Assembly: GCA_043228905.1 (NCBI GenBank) | Contig: JBHGNT010000005.1 | Coordinates: 15,500,001-15,564,000 of the forward strand | Direction of reading: 5' to 3' | Length of the DNA stretch: 64,000 nucleotides | Source of the DNA: Azolla caroliniana | Lineage: Eukaryota; Plantae; Polypodiophyta | Translations under genes and position numbers: made by a program | The notes under the pieces: model-generated | What the model was told of the DNA's origin: nothing | The model's input: only the letters and a program-made list of their open reading frames with translations | The model's database searches: none | Part shown: piece after piece, positions 1 through 13,245 of the stretch | How positions within the stretch are numbered: the first letter of the stretch is position 1 | Layout of the letters: every line of letters starts with the position of its first letter

Positions 1-501
1 CTACGGAGAGCCGGATGACGCAGACCCGGTGAGAACCGGAGGAAGAGACATATTCGTAAATATGTTTCTGAGAGCCCATTGTGGCTATATTTGTAAATAG
101 CTGAAAAGTCATATTAGTATAAATATGACTTAGGGCAAATATGTGTATAGAGTTGTTGTCATTTTCTTGTTGGTGCAAGAAGAAGAGAGAGTACGTAACG
201 TTGTACACAGAGAGAGAGAGAGAAAGAGGTCGTTGCCTCTGTTGTAACCGCCGCCTGTGGCGAAGATCGTGAGTCCGAGGTCGTTGCCTTCGTGAACTCA
301 CTGTTTTGTACATTCTTACATAGTGACAGTTTGCAGCCTGTGGGCTACCGTGGTTTTTCCTCTAGTTTGGGGTTTTCCACGTAAACCTCCTGTGTAATTT
401 TTCCTCTTCTTTGTGTCGCGTCTTATTTCCCGTTTTCTGTGTATCATTCTAAGCTTGGTTGTGGCCGAGCGTTGCGCATAAGGAACGACCAGTTCTCGAC
501 A
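1..501 (+). repeat. 3' part of a copia LTR (related to the 57303-62619 family), inserted into the RT of another copia
   Basis: Shares blocks with LTR 57303-57904 (tataaatatgacttagggcaaa, ccgccgcctgtggcga, ggttttccacgt, cttggttgtggccgag). Ends in ...tcgaCA at 501, directly followed by copia RT coding sequence (ECKSVATPL). Confidence 0.8.
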
Positions 502-1392
502 TGAGTGCAAATCGGTCGCTACGCCTCTCAATCGAAACCTCAAACTAGATGTTGACTCCGGCACAGATGAGTGCAAGTCGACCCAATATCGTCAACTGAT
601 CGGAAGCCTCATCTATCTCATGATCACTCGACCCGACCTCAACTATCCAGTCGGACTCCTTAGCTAATTTATGCAAACTCCGCGAGATATCCATTTCGAT
701 TGTGCTAAGCGAGTACAATATGTGAGCGGAACAATGGATTACGGCATTCTCTACAAATCGGCCATACGAATACGACTTCAAGGGTATACGGATGCGGATT
801 GGCTTGGCTACAAAGCCGATCGACGATCGACCTCCGGATTTGTCTTCTCCCTTGGTAGCGGAGTGATTTCGTGGAGTATCAAGAAGCAGCCTATCGTCGC
901 TCTTTCGAGTACGAAGGCGGAATACAGGGTGCAGTCGTAGCTGCATGTGAAGCCGTATGGCTCAAGAGGATTTTGAAGGATGTGGGCGTTCCCATCAACG
1001 ATCCGACTCCCCATTACTATGACAACATGAGTAGTATATATTTGGCTTAGAACCCGGTGTTCCACCCACACACAAAGCATATCGAAGTGAACCATCACTT
1101 CATTCAAGAGCGCATACAGGCCGGAGATGTCAACCTTCAACACATCAACACGAATCTTTAGACGACCAACATCTTCACCAAATCCTTAGGAGCCGATAAG
1201 CTTTGCCAATTCATGTCAGACCTTGGCTTGACGATCCCTGACTTGCCAAGCTTGAGGGGGAGTACAAGCGACAACCAGATACCGTCCAAACCGGATACGA
1301 GCCGAAGTGGACACCAAAGATCGTCTGAACCAGATACCAACCAAACCAGACATCAATCGAAGGAACCAACCCGAGTTGAGCTTGAGGGGGCG
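502..1392 (+). pseudogene. Ty1/copia RT/RNase H C-terminal remnant, with 3' region and PPT
   Basis: Motifs YRQLIGSLIYL, GYTDADW, RRSTSGFVF, ALSSTKAEY and TKHIEV, broken by stops and frameshifts. PPT ttgagggggcg ends at 1392. Confidence 0.9.
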
Positions 1393-1849
1393 TGTTGAGA
1401 ATCAAGCTCAACATAGCACAACGTGTGAACACACCTTTTGAGAATCTATAATTACTCAAAGGTCAAGAGTCACACCACTACTCTCTACACATTAACTATG
1501 TGTCATAGAATCATATTCTATGACACATAACTAATGAGTTACATATTCCCCATGACTATGAGTCTTCACATTCCCCAAGAGAGAGAGTGGTTGTTGTAAG
1601 TTAATGAAGAGAGAGGGTGACTCTATATAAAGCACCCTCCTCATACTTCATACTAAGTCGGTTGTGACTCCTTGTAATGCTACATTTTCATTTATCATAT
1701 TCTTCTTGTTAATTATACATCTCCTTCTTCTTGAGTACTTCATTTTGTCTGTTATCCATCTTGTGTTTCTCTCCTCTCCTCCTTCCTCTCACAAATACAC
1801 ATAACACATATCTCTTCCGCTACACAATAATCACCATTGATTCTTTACA
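1393..1849 (+). repeat. 3' LTR of the copia remnant at 502-1392
   Basis: Starts TGTTGAGA immediately after the PPT, contains TATATAAA near 1624, and ends ...tttaCA like the LTR ends of the related copia elements. Confidence 0.75.
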
Positions 1850-2475
1850 GTAGGGTTTAAGTTGTTCTAGAAGAAATTTTACAATTCTCTTTACTTAGTA
1901 CTTTAATGTTGTCGAGAAAATCCTCGCGGTTGCGTAGAAGTCGGGCAGGACCACGGTGGTCTTGAACCAAGGAATCAAGAAGTGAGGAGGAAGAGTCTAT
2001 GATTTATGTAAGCCCTAAGACCGCGGTTAAACAGAGAAGGTTAGCGAAACGAGAGAACGAGACTGTAAGAGGATCGTGTGTAGGCGCAGATAGAGATGTT
2101 GAGAACAATTTGTGTTCGGTAGATATGTTTCTATTAATCATAACATGTGCATGGCGTTGTGGGTGATTACAACCGGATTAGTGCCGATGATAGAGCTTAC
2201 AACTCTACAGTAGTTAGATACAAAGATACGTAGGCACGCAGAAGGTCGATCCCCTGGTTGGGACCACTTGGTTGTCTGACGCGAGCAGGGGAAGCGCCTT
2301 CCGGTGTTCCATCATAGGACTCCTCGTCTCCCCTCCTCTCTGTTTCTTTTCTCCTCTCTAGATGACACACTTAAAATAGTCAAAGGTCGCCCCTTTTATA
2401 GCACAAGGAGCGACCGTTACAAAGCATTCATGACCTGTCACTTTCCCTTCCTAGATTCTTCCCCTGATTCACTCT

Positions 2476-5400
2476 TGTAAAAAGTAACGTGCGGAAGCAA
2501 GTATGAAGACCGAACAGAAGGAAGAAAACTCAGGTTTAATGGAGAGCTTGAGCTTACGCAGTATACGCGGGAGAGACAGAGAGAGTGAGAGAGAAAACAC
2601 AAGAACTATATTCAACAAAAGATCTTGATTCACTACTCTATACATATGTGTGTTCCATGAACACTTTTATACAAGTCCTCGAAGGACTGACCGAAGTACT
2701 GACCGTACTTCCATGCTCTTTAAGAGCTCCTACACTAACTCCCAAATATATTCCTCACGGAATATCTTTCCTAACGGCCTCCCGGTTTACGCACTTGGCC
2801 TAACCGATCGGTCCCAACCGATCCGGTCCTCGGCTTCTTCAGCCGATCCAGCCGATGTTGAGCTTGTCTCTCAACACTCCCCCTCAAGCTCAACTCGAGG
2901 CTCTTTGGGATCCTTGGGCTCACAGCTCCGGTTCCTCCTAGTTCCACGCCTCGCTCGCGGTCCTCGACCTGTTTGACTCCGCGCGCTTCGACCCTTCCGG
3001 TCGGCTTGTTTGCTCATGCGGCCCTTATCAGCTGTTCTGCTGTTGTGGTGTTGACGCTTCTCCTGCTGCCTTTTCTTCCGCTTGGGCCTCGGTTGATTCA
3101 GCGTATCTGAATCAAACATCCGAACCGACTCGGCTACCTCCGATCGGTTTTCGCTCCCGTCCGAGTTGGCTGTCTCCAACTCGTCTTCGGTCTTCTCACC
3201 CTTGGTGGCGTCATCTTCCCCATGCGTGGTTGGCTTCGGCTCTCTCCTTCGGCTACTCCCCTTCTGTCCACTTTCCGACTTTTCCGCGGGTTCGCCCTCG
3301 GCTTCTTCAGCCGATCCGAAGTCGAACTCGACAACCATGTTAACAGCCGAGTCAACCGACTCGGTGTCGCGGCCTCCGCTCCTTTCCTGCTGCTTTGCTT
3401 GGTCGTTCAGGACTGTTCTGCCCCTCAAGTTTGGCACGTCGAGGTGACGCAATCAGAGCGGACCGGAGAATTGCCACAACTTGTCTAGACCAAGGGGCTT
3501 AGTGAAGATGTCGGTAGTCTGCCGATCCAACAGAACGTACTGAAGTTCGACTTCACCAGAAAGGACACGCTCATGGACGAAATGGTAGTGCACCTCAATG
3601 TGCTTGGTTCGTGCGTGGAAAACGGGGTTTTTCGCGAGCTGGATGCTGCTGAGGTTGTCGCAGTAGATCGTCGTTGGATCTGACACCTCCTCTTGGAGGT
3701 CCTTAAGTAGCCACTTCAACCATATGGCTTCGCATGTCGCGATAGCCGCTCCTCGGTACTCAGCTTCGGTGCTCGACAGTGCAACTGTCGGCTGCTTCTT
3801 ACTGCACCATGCGATCGCGGCACTCCCGAGGGAGAACGCGTATCCGGACGTGGATCGGCGATCGGCGGCGTTGCCAACCCAATCAACATCGGTGTAGCCG
3901 ACTAACTGCATGGCTGCACCGGACCGATATAGCAGTCCCCGGTCCTTAGTGCCGTTGACATACCGAAGTATGCGTTGCGCACACTGAAGGTGCTCCTCGG
4001 TAGGTCGCGCCATGAACTGACTGATCACTCCGACCGGATAACTGAGGTCGGGTTGGGTGATGGTCAAGTATATGAGGCTTCCGACAATTTGTCGGAACAT
4101 CGTCGGGTTGCATACCGTTCCCGTATCGGGACGAAGCTTGACAGTTCTGTCTAGAGGAGTCGAGACTGACTTACAGTCGGCCATCCCGAATTTGAAGAGC
4201 ATACTCAGCACGTAGTGACATTGGCTGATCAATATGCCTTCGGGGGTCCGGATCACTTTGATCCCAAGGAAGTAATGAAGGTCCCCCAGATCCTTCATGT
4301 TGAACGACGCCGCAAGCTGGAGCTTCACGCGGTCAATTTCAGGTAGGTCGGCGCCGGTGATGACCAAGTCATCAACATATAGTAAAATACTAACCGGTCC
4401 GAGTCGACCTTTCCGGATGAACAGGGAAGAGTCTGATTTTGACGTGACGAAGCCCATCCGACGCAGTTGTTGCGTGATCTTCGCGTTCCAGGCACGCGGG
4501 GCTTGCTTCAGTCCGTAAAGGGACTTCTTCAGTCGGCATACTGCCGAGGAGTTCGTTCTAGAGTGAAATCCAGGGGGTTGTACCATGTACACCTGTTCCT
4601 CAAGGTCACCTTGCAGGAACGCATTCTTTACATCCATCTAATGTAAGTGCCACCCCTTCACCGCAGCTACTACGAGCAAAACACGGACGGTCGTCATTTT
4701 CGCGACCGGCGCAAACGTCTCATCGTAGTCGATGTCGTGTTTCTGCACGTAGCCCTTTGCCATTAGCCGAGCCTTGTACCGGTTGATCGAGCCATCGGTG
4801 TTGTACTTGACCTTGTACACCCACCTACACCCGATCGGTTTTACCACTCTTGGTGCGTCAACCAGGTCCCAGGTCTCGTTCTCTGCCAATGCGTGCATCT
4901 CTTCCTCCATCGCGGGGGAATGCACGGCCGAGTCTCCACTACTCGCCGGCTCTTCATCGGACTGGTCGTACCGACTCAGTCGTCCAATCGGTCCACTTAA
5001 ACGGAGTGAAATCGGACTCTCTTCGCGGGTCTCGATTTCGGGCTCATCCGGAGGCATCTCGGCCTCGCTGACCTCATCGTCAAAGCTCGGATTGGAGTTG
5101 GGGTTCGGAGTCGGGGGCTAGTACCAGGACGCGGACTCGTCAAACACAACGTTGCGGCTAACACGTGCTTGTTTGGTGCGAGGGTTATAACACTTATAAC
5201 CCTTCTGCTCGTCCGAGTAACTGACCAAGATGCATTTCTCGGCCTTTGCATCCAGCTTCCTCCTTTTCTCCTTCGGTACATGCACATATGCAATGCTACC
5301 GAACACCCTCAAGTGTCGCAAGTTCGGCTTCGTTCCGAAATGCAGCTCGTACGCCGACACTTTGTCTCCGATCCAGTTCTGGATGTATACCACGGTCCTT

Positions 5401-7861
5401 ACCGCCTCGGCCCAGTAGAACTTGGGCAAGCTCTTCTCCTCCAACATTGCCCGTGCCACTTCCACAACTGACCGATTCTTCCTCTCGGCCACGCCGTTCT
5501 GCTCTGGCGTGTATCAACAACTGAATTCGCGTCGAATTCCCATTTGTTGTAGATAACCGTTGAATTGACCAGAAAAGTACTCTTTCCCGCCATCCGACCG
5601 CAGGCACTTGATCTTTCGTCCCATTTCCGTTTCCACGAACCCTTTGAGGTCCCGGAAACAATCGAAGACTTCGCTCTTCCTCTCAATGAGGTAGATCCAC
5701 GTGTGCCGCGTGTGGTCGTCAATGAAGGAGACGAAATATCGGCTCCCGCCAAGACTAACGTTTTGTGCCGGCCCCCATACATCGGAGTGTATAAGGTCGA
5801 GCTTATTCTGGCTCCGGTTTTGCTCGTTGGGGAAAGGAAGTCGGTGTTGCTTCCCGAGCTGGCAGGCTTCACAAATTTGTGCCTTTCGGCCACTAAATTT
5901 GGGCAATCTGAACACTACCTATTTCGATTGCAGATCTTGAAGCCGTTGGTAGTTGACGTGGCCTATCCGCTTGTGCCACCAGTCGATGTCCGACTCGGTT
6001 TTTCTTCCCTTCGCGAACATTGCGGTGTCGCTGTCAGTGGAGTCGAGGATGAACATCCTCCCGTCTCTGCACCCTTGCGCAATCACACGGCCTTCTTCCT
6101 CAATGAAGCACCCGAGGTGTGTAAACCGAACCTCCATCCCTTGGTCGACGATCTGTCCGACTGAGACCAAGTTCTTCGTGATTGTCGGAACGTGCAGCAC
6201 GTTCATGAGTTTCCCTTTCTGCCCGACATGGCTAAGGGGAACCTCTCCGACATTCGCGATCAGATGCGGAGTGTCGTCTCCAGTTGCGACTACTCCAGGT
6301 TGTATTGGTTTTTCAAGGTACGAGAACCACTCCTTATGGCTCGTCATGTGGTTTGACGTGTCGGAGTCTACATACCACACCTCGTCCAATCTCGGGGTGA
6401 TCCGTTTCATTGACTTTGTTTCGTGTCTTGTCACGAAGGCAAACCCTTCTCTGGCTCTCCCGGAGTCTTCGGCGTAGTGTGATCGCTGCCGATTTCCCTT
6501 GTTGGTATGTCCAGAGCCATTTCCGGAACCGGTTCTCTCCGAATCGGCGCGCTTCTTCCAACACTCACTTTCCCTGTGGCCTTTCTTGCCACAGTACCAG
6601 CACTCCGCAATGGCCTTCCCTTGCCGGTTCTCACGGCTTCGACTCCCCCTGTTTCCGGTGTTTCCGGAGTTGCTGTCAGTATCACTTCGGTGCCTTCTTC
6701 CTTGATCTCGTCGGCCGCCTCCATTGCACGCCGACTCGCCTCGTCCTCCACTTCCACGGGGCCTATCTCCCTCCGTGTACAGCATTTTGCTATCGGTATG
6801 TGTGCTTGTAGACGCACCCGCGTGGTTCTCCTCTACCAGGAGCATTGACTGTAATTCGAAAAAGGACGGTGTATTCTCCCGGGTACACACAGCTGTCCTG
6901 AACGCTCCGAACTTCGACGCCAAACCTCCGAGACAGATCTGGACCATCTCGCTCTCCTCGATGTTCACCTCTATGGAGGCGAGGGAGTCGCAGATATCCT
7001 TGATCTTCGAGGTATAGTTCGCCACCGACAAGTCGTGTTGTCGTAGGTTGCTCAACTCCTGTCGGAGCTGAAGCTTCCTGACTGTGGTGCTCGCGGCGAA
7101 GATCTTCTTCAGATTTTCCCATGCACCCTTCGGCGTCTTTGCATCCTGAACATAGCTCAATAGTTGTTCGCACACACACGACGCGAAGCAGTATAATACC
7201 CTGCTCGCCAATTGCTCCCACGACGGGAAGTCTCTGTGTGTCGATTCGGGTGCCGCATCATTAGCTCCTTCGACATAACTCCAGTAGCCGTGCCCGAGCA
7301 GGTACTGGTGCATCTTGTAAGACCAAGACGCGTAGTTGGTTCTGTCAAGCTTCTTTGTTGGAAGTGAGCTCGCCATGCCTCTATCCATCGTTCTTCTTGT
7401 TCTTCTTCGTCAAGTTGTATTGGCTGCAGAGAGCTTCTCAACCCTCGCGCTCTGATACCATGTAAAAAGTAACATGCGGAAGCAAGTATGAAGACCGAAC
7501 AGAAGGAAGAAAACTCAGGTTTAATGGAGAGCTTGAGCTTACGCAGTATACGCGGGAGAGACAGTGAGAGTGAGAGAGAAAACACAAGAACTATATTCAA
7601 CAAAAGATCTCGATTCACTACTCTATACATATGTGTGTTCCATGAACACTTTTATACAAGTCCTTGAAGGACTGACCGAAGTACTGACCGTACTTCAATG
7701 CTCTTTAAGAGCTCCTACACTAACTCCCAAATATATTCCTCACGGAATATCTTTCTTAACGGCCTCCCGGTTTACGCACTTGGACTAACCGATCGGTACC
7801 AACTGATCCGGTCCTCGGCTTCTTCAGCCGATCCGGCCGATGTTGAGCTTGTCTCTCAACA
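2476..7861 (-). mobile_element. Full-length Ty1/copia element nested in the gypsy 3' LTR
   Basis: 401-bp LTRs at 2476-2876 and 7461-7861 (about 10 mismatches by eye), TSD ACTCT at 2471-2475 and 7862-7866, PBS tggtatcagagc (tRNA-iMet) at 7449-7460, PPT next to 2877. Confidence 0.97.
2871..7388 (-). pseudogene. copia gag-pol, one frame broken by premature stops
   Basis: Gag CWYCGKKGHRESEC knuckle; protease WYVDSDTSNHM; integrase HSDVWGP and LRSDGGKEY; RT LYVDDL; RNase H YTDVDW and TKHIEVHYHF. Confidence 0.93.
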
Positions 7862-8199
7862 ACTCTCTTCGTAACTCTCCCTCCTTACCCGATGTCTGAA
7901 TCCCTATTAATGCCTTAACTACCTAGTACACCTCTTTCTACCTATGCGTAGTACTTACACTATTTAATTCACTAGGGGTGTGCACTCGTGCACACCAGTG
8001 TTCCTACGCGTTTCACATTATTTCCATCTATGGCCCGGAATCTTCACGACATCCACCCCCACTAAACCGCACATACTCTGGTATGTACCGGGTAGCAAAT
8101 TGAGTGAGGGATTCCGGGCCATCTGCTACTTGTCCTCTCCTTTTGAACTGGCGCTTTCAGCTCCCAGGTCCGGTTCCGCATCGTTCCACCTCTTGAAGG

Positions 8200-11100
8200 C
8201 CTTTATCCGCTTCCCGGCCACCGGAGTTGTCATTCGGGTCCCGTCAAGCTCCGCGAGATGATACGTCGCATTATCGTTGACGCTAATTACCACGTATGTC
8301 CCGAACCATCACTTTCCGAACTTATGCATAGACCTATGCTAGTTGTTGAGGCTTCTGTCGTAGACTAACACCCAATTGCCTTCCTCGATCTTCCTTGGCC
8401 GGAGCCGGTATGTTAGGTCGAACCGGGCCTTGTTCCGGATTCTCGCTTCTTTCACCCTTGCCATGGCCCGCTCCACATCTTCCGGCCTTCGCTCGAGTTG
8501 CCTCATTCAGGCCGCTAGAAATTCTTCTCGGCTCATTTCGTTGGCCGAATTGATCCCCGTCCACGAGGCGATCATCCGCTTCACTAGCATGATGGGTTTC
8601 TATCCAAACATTAGTTCCACTAGCATGTACCCTGTCACCGAACTGTGGGTAGTCTTCTCCACCCATATCGCATAAGGGAGCAACCTCGGCCAATCGCCGA
8701 CTCGTCCTTCGCACGCACGTACAATGGCTTTTACAATCGGACTGTGGCCCCGCTCAATCTTTCCATTTCCCTCCTGGTTGTACGCCGTTGTGAGGGACAG
8801 TTTTACGCCTAACCGATTGAACAGTTCCTCGGCCTCTTCCGTGTCTAGCTCGCCTCGGTCAGCCACGATTTTTCCCACGCACCCGTATCGGCATATGACA
8901 TCTTCGATGAGAAACTTACATACTGCCACGATGGTCTTGTTTGTTAGTGGTCTTCTCTAGCCAGCACCAGGTATCGCATCTGAACCTCTCCCATCGGCAT
9001 CGTTACTAAGTCGACCATCCATTTGAAGTGCACGGTCGGGGGGTATGTTGGGTGCAGCTTGTCGCGGTGTCGAACCACCGAGTGCATCTGGCAACTTTCG
9101 CATGTGGACACTAAGTTGTGCATGCCCTTATATGTACCCGGCCACCAGTATTTCTCCTTTAACTTCTCGAATGTGGCCCATGTACCCCGGTGTCTAGACT
9201 AAGGGCTTTCGTGGAACCCCGATATTAGCTTCTCTTGGTCATCTGCTCACTCTATTACCCGGAGCGGCGCATCATTTCGCCTTTTTGGGACCCTCCAGAT
9301 TTTCCCGTTTCGTAGGAAGTATCGGTATGCCCTTTTTTGGAGTTGTCCCGCTTCCTCCCTAGTCATCGAGGCGTCCGTCGTCATTGGTTTTAGAAATCTT
9401 CTAATTAGAAGCCACTCCCCATCGTAGTCATCTTTGTCGAACTTGTTCAAGGGCTAAGCACTTTGCCTTTTTATCCTCATGCTTGCTGATTCGAAGAAGT
9501 CCGCGCCGACTTCTTCGTTCTCTGATACTATGTCGTCCTCGTCCTCGAACCTTGCTCTGGAAAGAATATCCGCCATGGCGTTGTCTTTAACCGAGATGTG
9601 TCATATCTCTGGGTTCAGGGACTTTATGTACGCAATCCACTTGAGCATGGCCAGGTCGGGAGTTGCCCATCTGGAGACCATACCGAGAATCGGCAGGTAG
9701 TTTGTTTCTATAATCACTTCTATCCTGATTAGGTAGTCTTTGTTGACCTTAACCGCCGAAACGATACCCCATAGCTCGCGCTTGACTTGGGCGTATCCTC
9801 GTTGTCGCTCACTCAGTACCTTCACACCGAACCAGATAAGGAAACGTGTGTCGTCTTCGTCCTCTTGATTTACGACCCATCCGATCCCGGTCAGGCTGGT
9901 GTCCACCGTGATGTAGACCGGAGTTCCTGGTGTGTATTCTACTTTGTGTAAAGCTGGAATGCAGTCTCGCAGAACTCTTTTCATTGCATTCACCATGTGT
10001 CCCACCGAGTTGGTCCCTACCTGTGGTAGGGTACACATTCGAACTAGGCCGAGAGGAGTTTGCATTGTTGTGATATCCTTGCTTTCCACGGCCAACTAGA
10101 ACTGGTCGTACCCTGAGTAAAGGTCTCCGACCGAGTATATGGACCTTCCGGCGAAGGCTTTCGCGAACTCATCGATTGATGGTCCAACTCCCGTATTGCG
10201 GATGGTCACCTTGACCGGTTGTAAGTCCTCGATGAAGCACATCGTACCGTTCTTCTCTGGTACCATAAACCACCGGTTAGAGTAAGGGGCACTCGATGGT
10301 TCGAGGATGCCCAACTCCACCTTCTACTTAAGAAGCTCCATCAACATTGGCATGTGAGCTCTTGGTACTTGAATCGGTTTGAGACTCCATGGCACATGCG
10401 GCACGATAAAGATCACCATTGGTTCGACAATGGTTGGGTCGACACACCCGATCTCTCCCGACGAGAATGCAAAGTCTTTCCCGTGCCTCTCGAGCATCCT
10501 TCTGAACCGGTCCTCTTTCGCCGGCAATAGGAAGCCACCCCCACCAATCTTCAGCTCTCGTAGCGTTTTGTCGGTGAAACGGTGTCCTATGCTAGACGGA
10601 TCTTGCAAGCTCGGGTCGGTAGCGACCCCCTTTATTCGTTCCCAACTTCCCTCTGGTAAGGGGGTCATGACAGGCTTCACCTTCCGGTCTGCAGTCTTGT
10701 ACTTGGTGTCTACTCAGGCGAACCAATGTGCCCTGGTTTTTCTATCGAAGTCTGCAATGACTTCATACATGTAGACCCAGTTGACCGGTATGACTCGGTC
10801 TTCGCTTAGGCCTCCTTCGACTACCTTCCCGATTTCTCCAAGGGTGTCATCGAACGAGACCGCCTCCACGGCTTCCCCAATCCCTTCGTCGGGACTCAAG
10901 GCTCCCCACGCCTTTAAGCATATCTCGGCCCGTTTTCTTTCTTGGCCACTGATGCTGGCTATGGTACATCCCCCCTTGTCGGAGAACAAAACTTTCCTTC
11001 CTATTTAATAGGTGTGGGGAATTTTCCGACTATCCGGACTATCGCGGCCCCATGCCTTGATAGCCCTTTCTAAAAATCTACCTTGTCGTTATTTCTGAGG

Positions 11101-13199
11101 GTGTCCCTGTTCCGCTCGTGATTCTTCCGAACGGTCAAAAATTGGACGGAATGACGGCTATCCTGACTTTTTACCCTCGCATAGGCTGAACCATTGTCCA
11201 ACACTTTTGTTACCATTCTAGCCGCCCTGATGTATGGTTCGCGAAGGATGACCGGGTGGGAGGACGTCTCTTGCACGAAAAAGTGTAGGTTTATATCGAC
11301 GTCTCCGACGCTCATCCTGACGTTCGGGCAAGCCTTGTGTAGTTCTTTCGTGGCTCTTGTAGCTGCACGTATCTTCCACCCGTGTTTGGTGTTGATCGGC
11401 CAATTCCCCTTTTTGTAGAAGTCCATGGACATCAGGTTAATTTCCGACCCGTGGTCAATTAATGCCACCATCGGTTCCTTCACGTCCCCGATACGAACCG
11501 GGGTTTCTGTAGTTGCTCTTGCCCAGTGCGGCCTTGCGTAGTGGCTCTCGGCAAGCTCAACTTCCGCGGCCATCTCGTCGAGGAGTGCCGCCCATACCTC
11601 AACCGGCTTCTCCGGCTCTGGTTCCATCGTGAGACGCTTTCTCTTCACGAGGTCCGCGATGTTGTCATGGAATTCCCTTCTCACTGTGCCAAGCACTTCC
11701 CTAAACGTGAGTTCTACGCGATTGTCGAGAACTTGCTCCTCTAGAACCTTCTATAGGTTCGTTGTTTTCTTGATTTCTGAGCTTAAACGGAAGCTCGAAA
11801 TCTTGCCCTTCTCCTTCTCCTGGGACCCGGTCGGAGTGGCATCATGCCTTTTCAGTGCGCTTCGGGTGTCATACCTCCCCGAAGGGCCCTCTCCCCCGGT
11901 TTTCGCTGCTCGCCTTTCATCAATCAGGGCCTCGTAGTTCCTGCATGCGGCCTCCACAAAGCCGGTGCTCTCCTCAATGGGGTCACTCCAGCCGGTAACT
12001 TCGCGCACACGCTCCTCCGCGCGCTCCGCTTCTCCCTTCTGAAGCCTTCCTTCTGACAAGGTCTCGAGAATAACTAGCCAGGACCCAGGTTTTGAATCAG
12101 GTTTGGCCGCCTTTTCGCCTACGCGGATGCCGGCCGAAGCCAAGTCATGGACGACTTTGACATGTCGTGCCACGACCTCTTCCATTAGCCTTTTCATGCC
12201 ACCTCGTCTGAAATTCGTGTCAAGCAATCTTCGTGTGTCACTCGCATGTATCATGCCATTCGAAAGATAAACTACAATACTTATGAGCGCTTCACCGAGG
12301 TCAGCGCAATCACTCTGGGCATGTCCGGTGACATCGCACCATATGCACCTCTGATTGGCCGGCGGTCGTCAGTCGCGCAGCTGACCCTCATCGATTCGTC
12401 GAGCTTGGGTGATCTAGAGGTCACGCACCATCCTTTTTAGTTCGTCGAGTCCTGTGCCGCCTGCAGGTCCCGCGACTATGTTTGCCAGGGGTGGTCCTAG
12501 CTCGAGCCACCTCCTCGTTTCTTCCATTCGGCTCGGCCTCGGCTTGGCTCTGGTTTCGACCGCTGGTCCGACCGGCAAGGACCCCTTTTCTTTCCAATCT
12601 CGGCGTTTGTCAATCCTACTGCAAACTTCTTTGACAGTCGCCCAGTCAGTCGTGAGACCGCGGTTGGTTTCAAGAAGAAGACCCACACTTTCCTGGACGC
12701 GCGAGTCGAACGGTGTAACGAAAAATAGGACTTTGCTCGTTTCGAGCACGGTTCAGTCCAATCTAGAGAGCCGCATGAACCGTGACTCGAACTCCTGGAA
12801 GATCGCCGAAGCATTCTGACCCTTGTTGGGACTGTTGACCCAATCCATAAAGTCCTTTCTCGATAGCCGGAGCGAGTCATCGTAGTTGTACCTTTCGAGA
12901 ACTTCCTCTGCGAATTCCGCCCAATCGCGGCCGCCTGTGTGTATTTCGGCCATCTCCGTATGGATGTGGGGTGTCACGACCTGGGGAAACCCTGTCAGCC
13001 GTCTATCCTCGGATATATTCCTCGTCTGCATTTCAGATTTGTAGGCCTCTAAGTAACTCGTGGTGTCTTTTCCACTGAACCGTCCTATCTTGTCGACTGT
13101 TACTTCTATGGCCCTGTCAAGGGCACTCACGCCCTCGCGAGCGCTAACCAAGCAATCTACCACCACCGCCATTGCTTCTGCAAGTTCGCTCCCTCTCAT
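8200..13199 (-). pseudogene. gypsy gag-PR frame plus RT-RH-INT frame, with stops and an RT deletion
   Basis: CIWCDVTGHAQSDC knuckle (~12310-12345); protease LIDHGSEINL; RT DLYSGYDQF and LPQVGTNSV, with the YxDD region missing (RDCIP joined to ALHKVEY near 9955); RNase H VDTSLTGIG; integrase IVADRGE and GNGKIERGH. Confidence 0.9.
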
Positions 13200-13223
13200 T
13201 TTCAGATTCCTTTGCCGCCCCTC

Positions 13224-13241
13224 TTCACGTCGGGTTCACCA
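13224..13241 (-). promoter_or_regulatory. Primer-binding site complementary to the tRNA-Trp 3' end
   Basis: The plus strand reads ttcacgtcgggttcacca, matching the recalled 3' end of plant cytosolic tRNA-Trp plus CCA. It lies 4 nt inside the 5' LTR boundary. Confidence 0.85.
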
Positions 13242-13245
13242 AATA

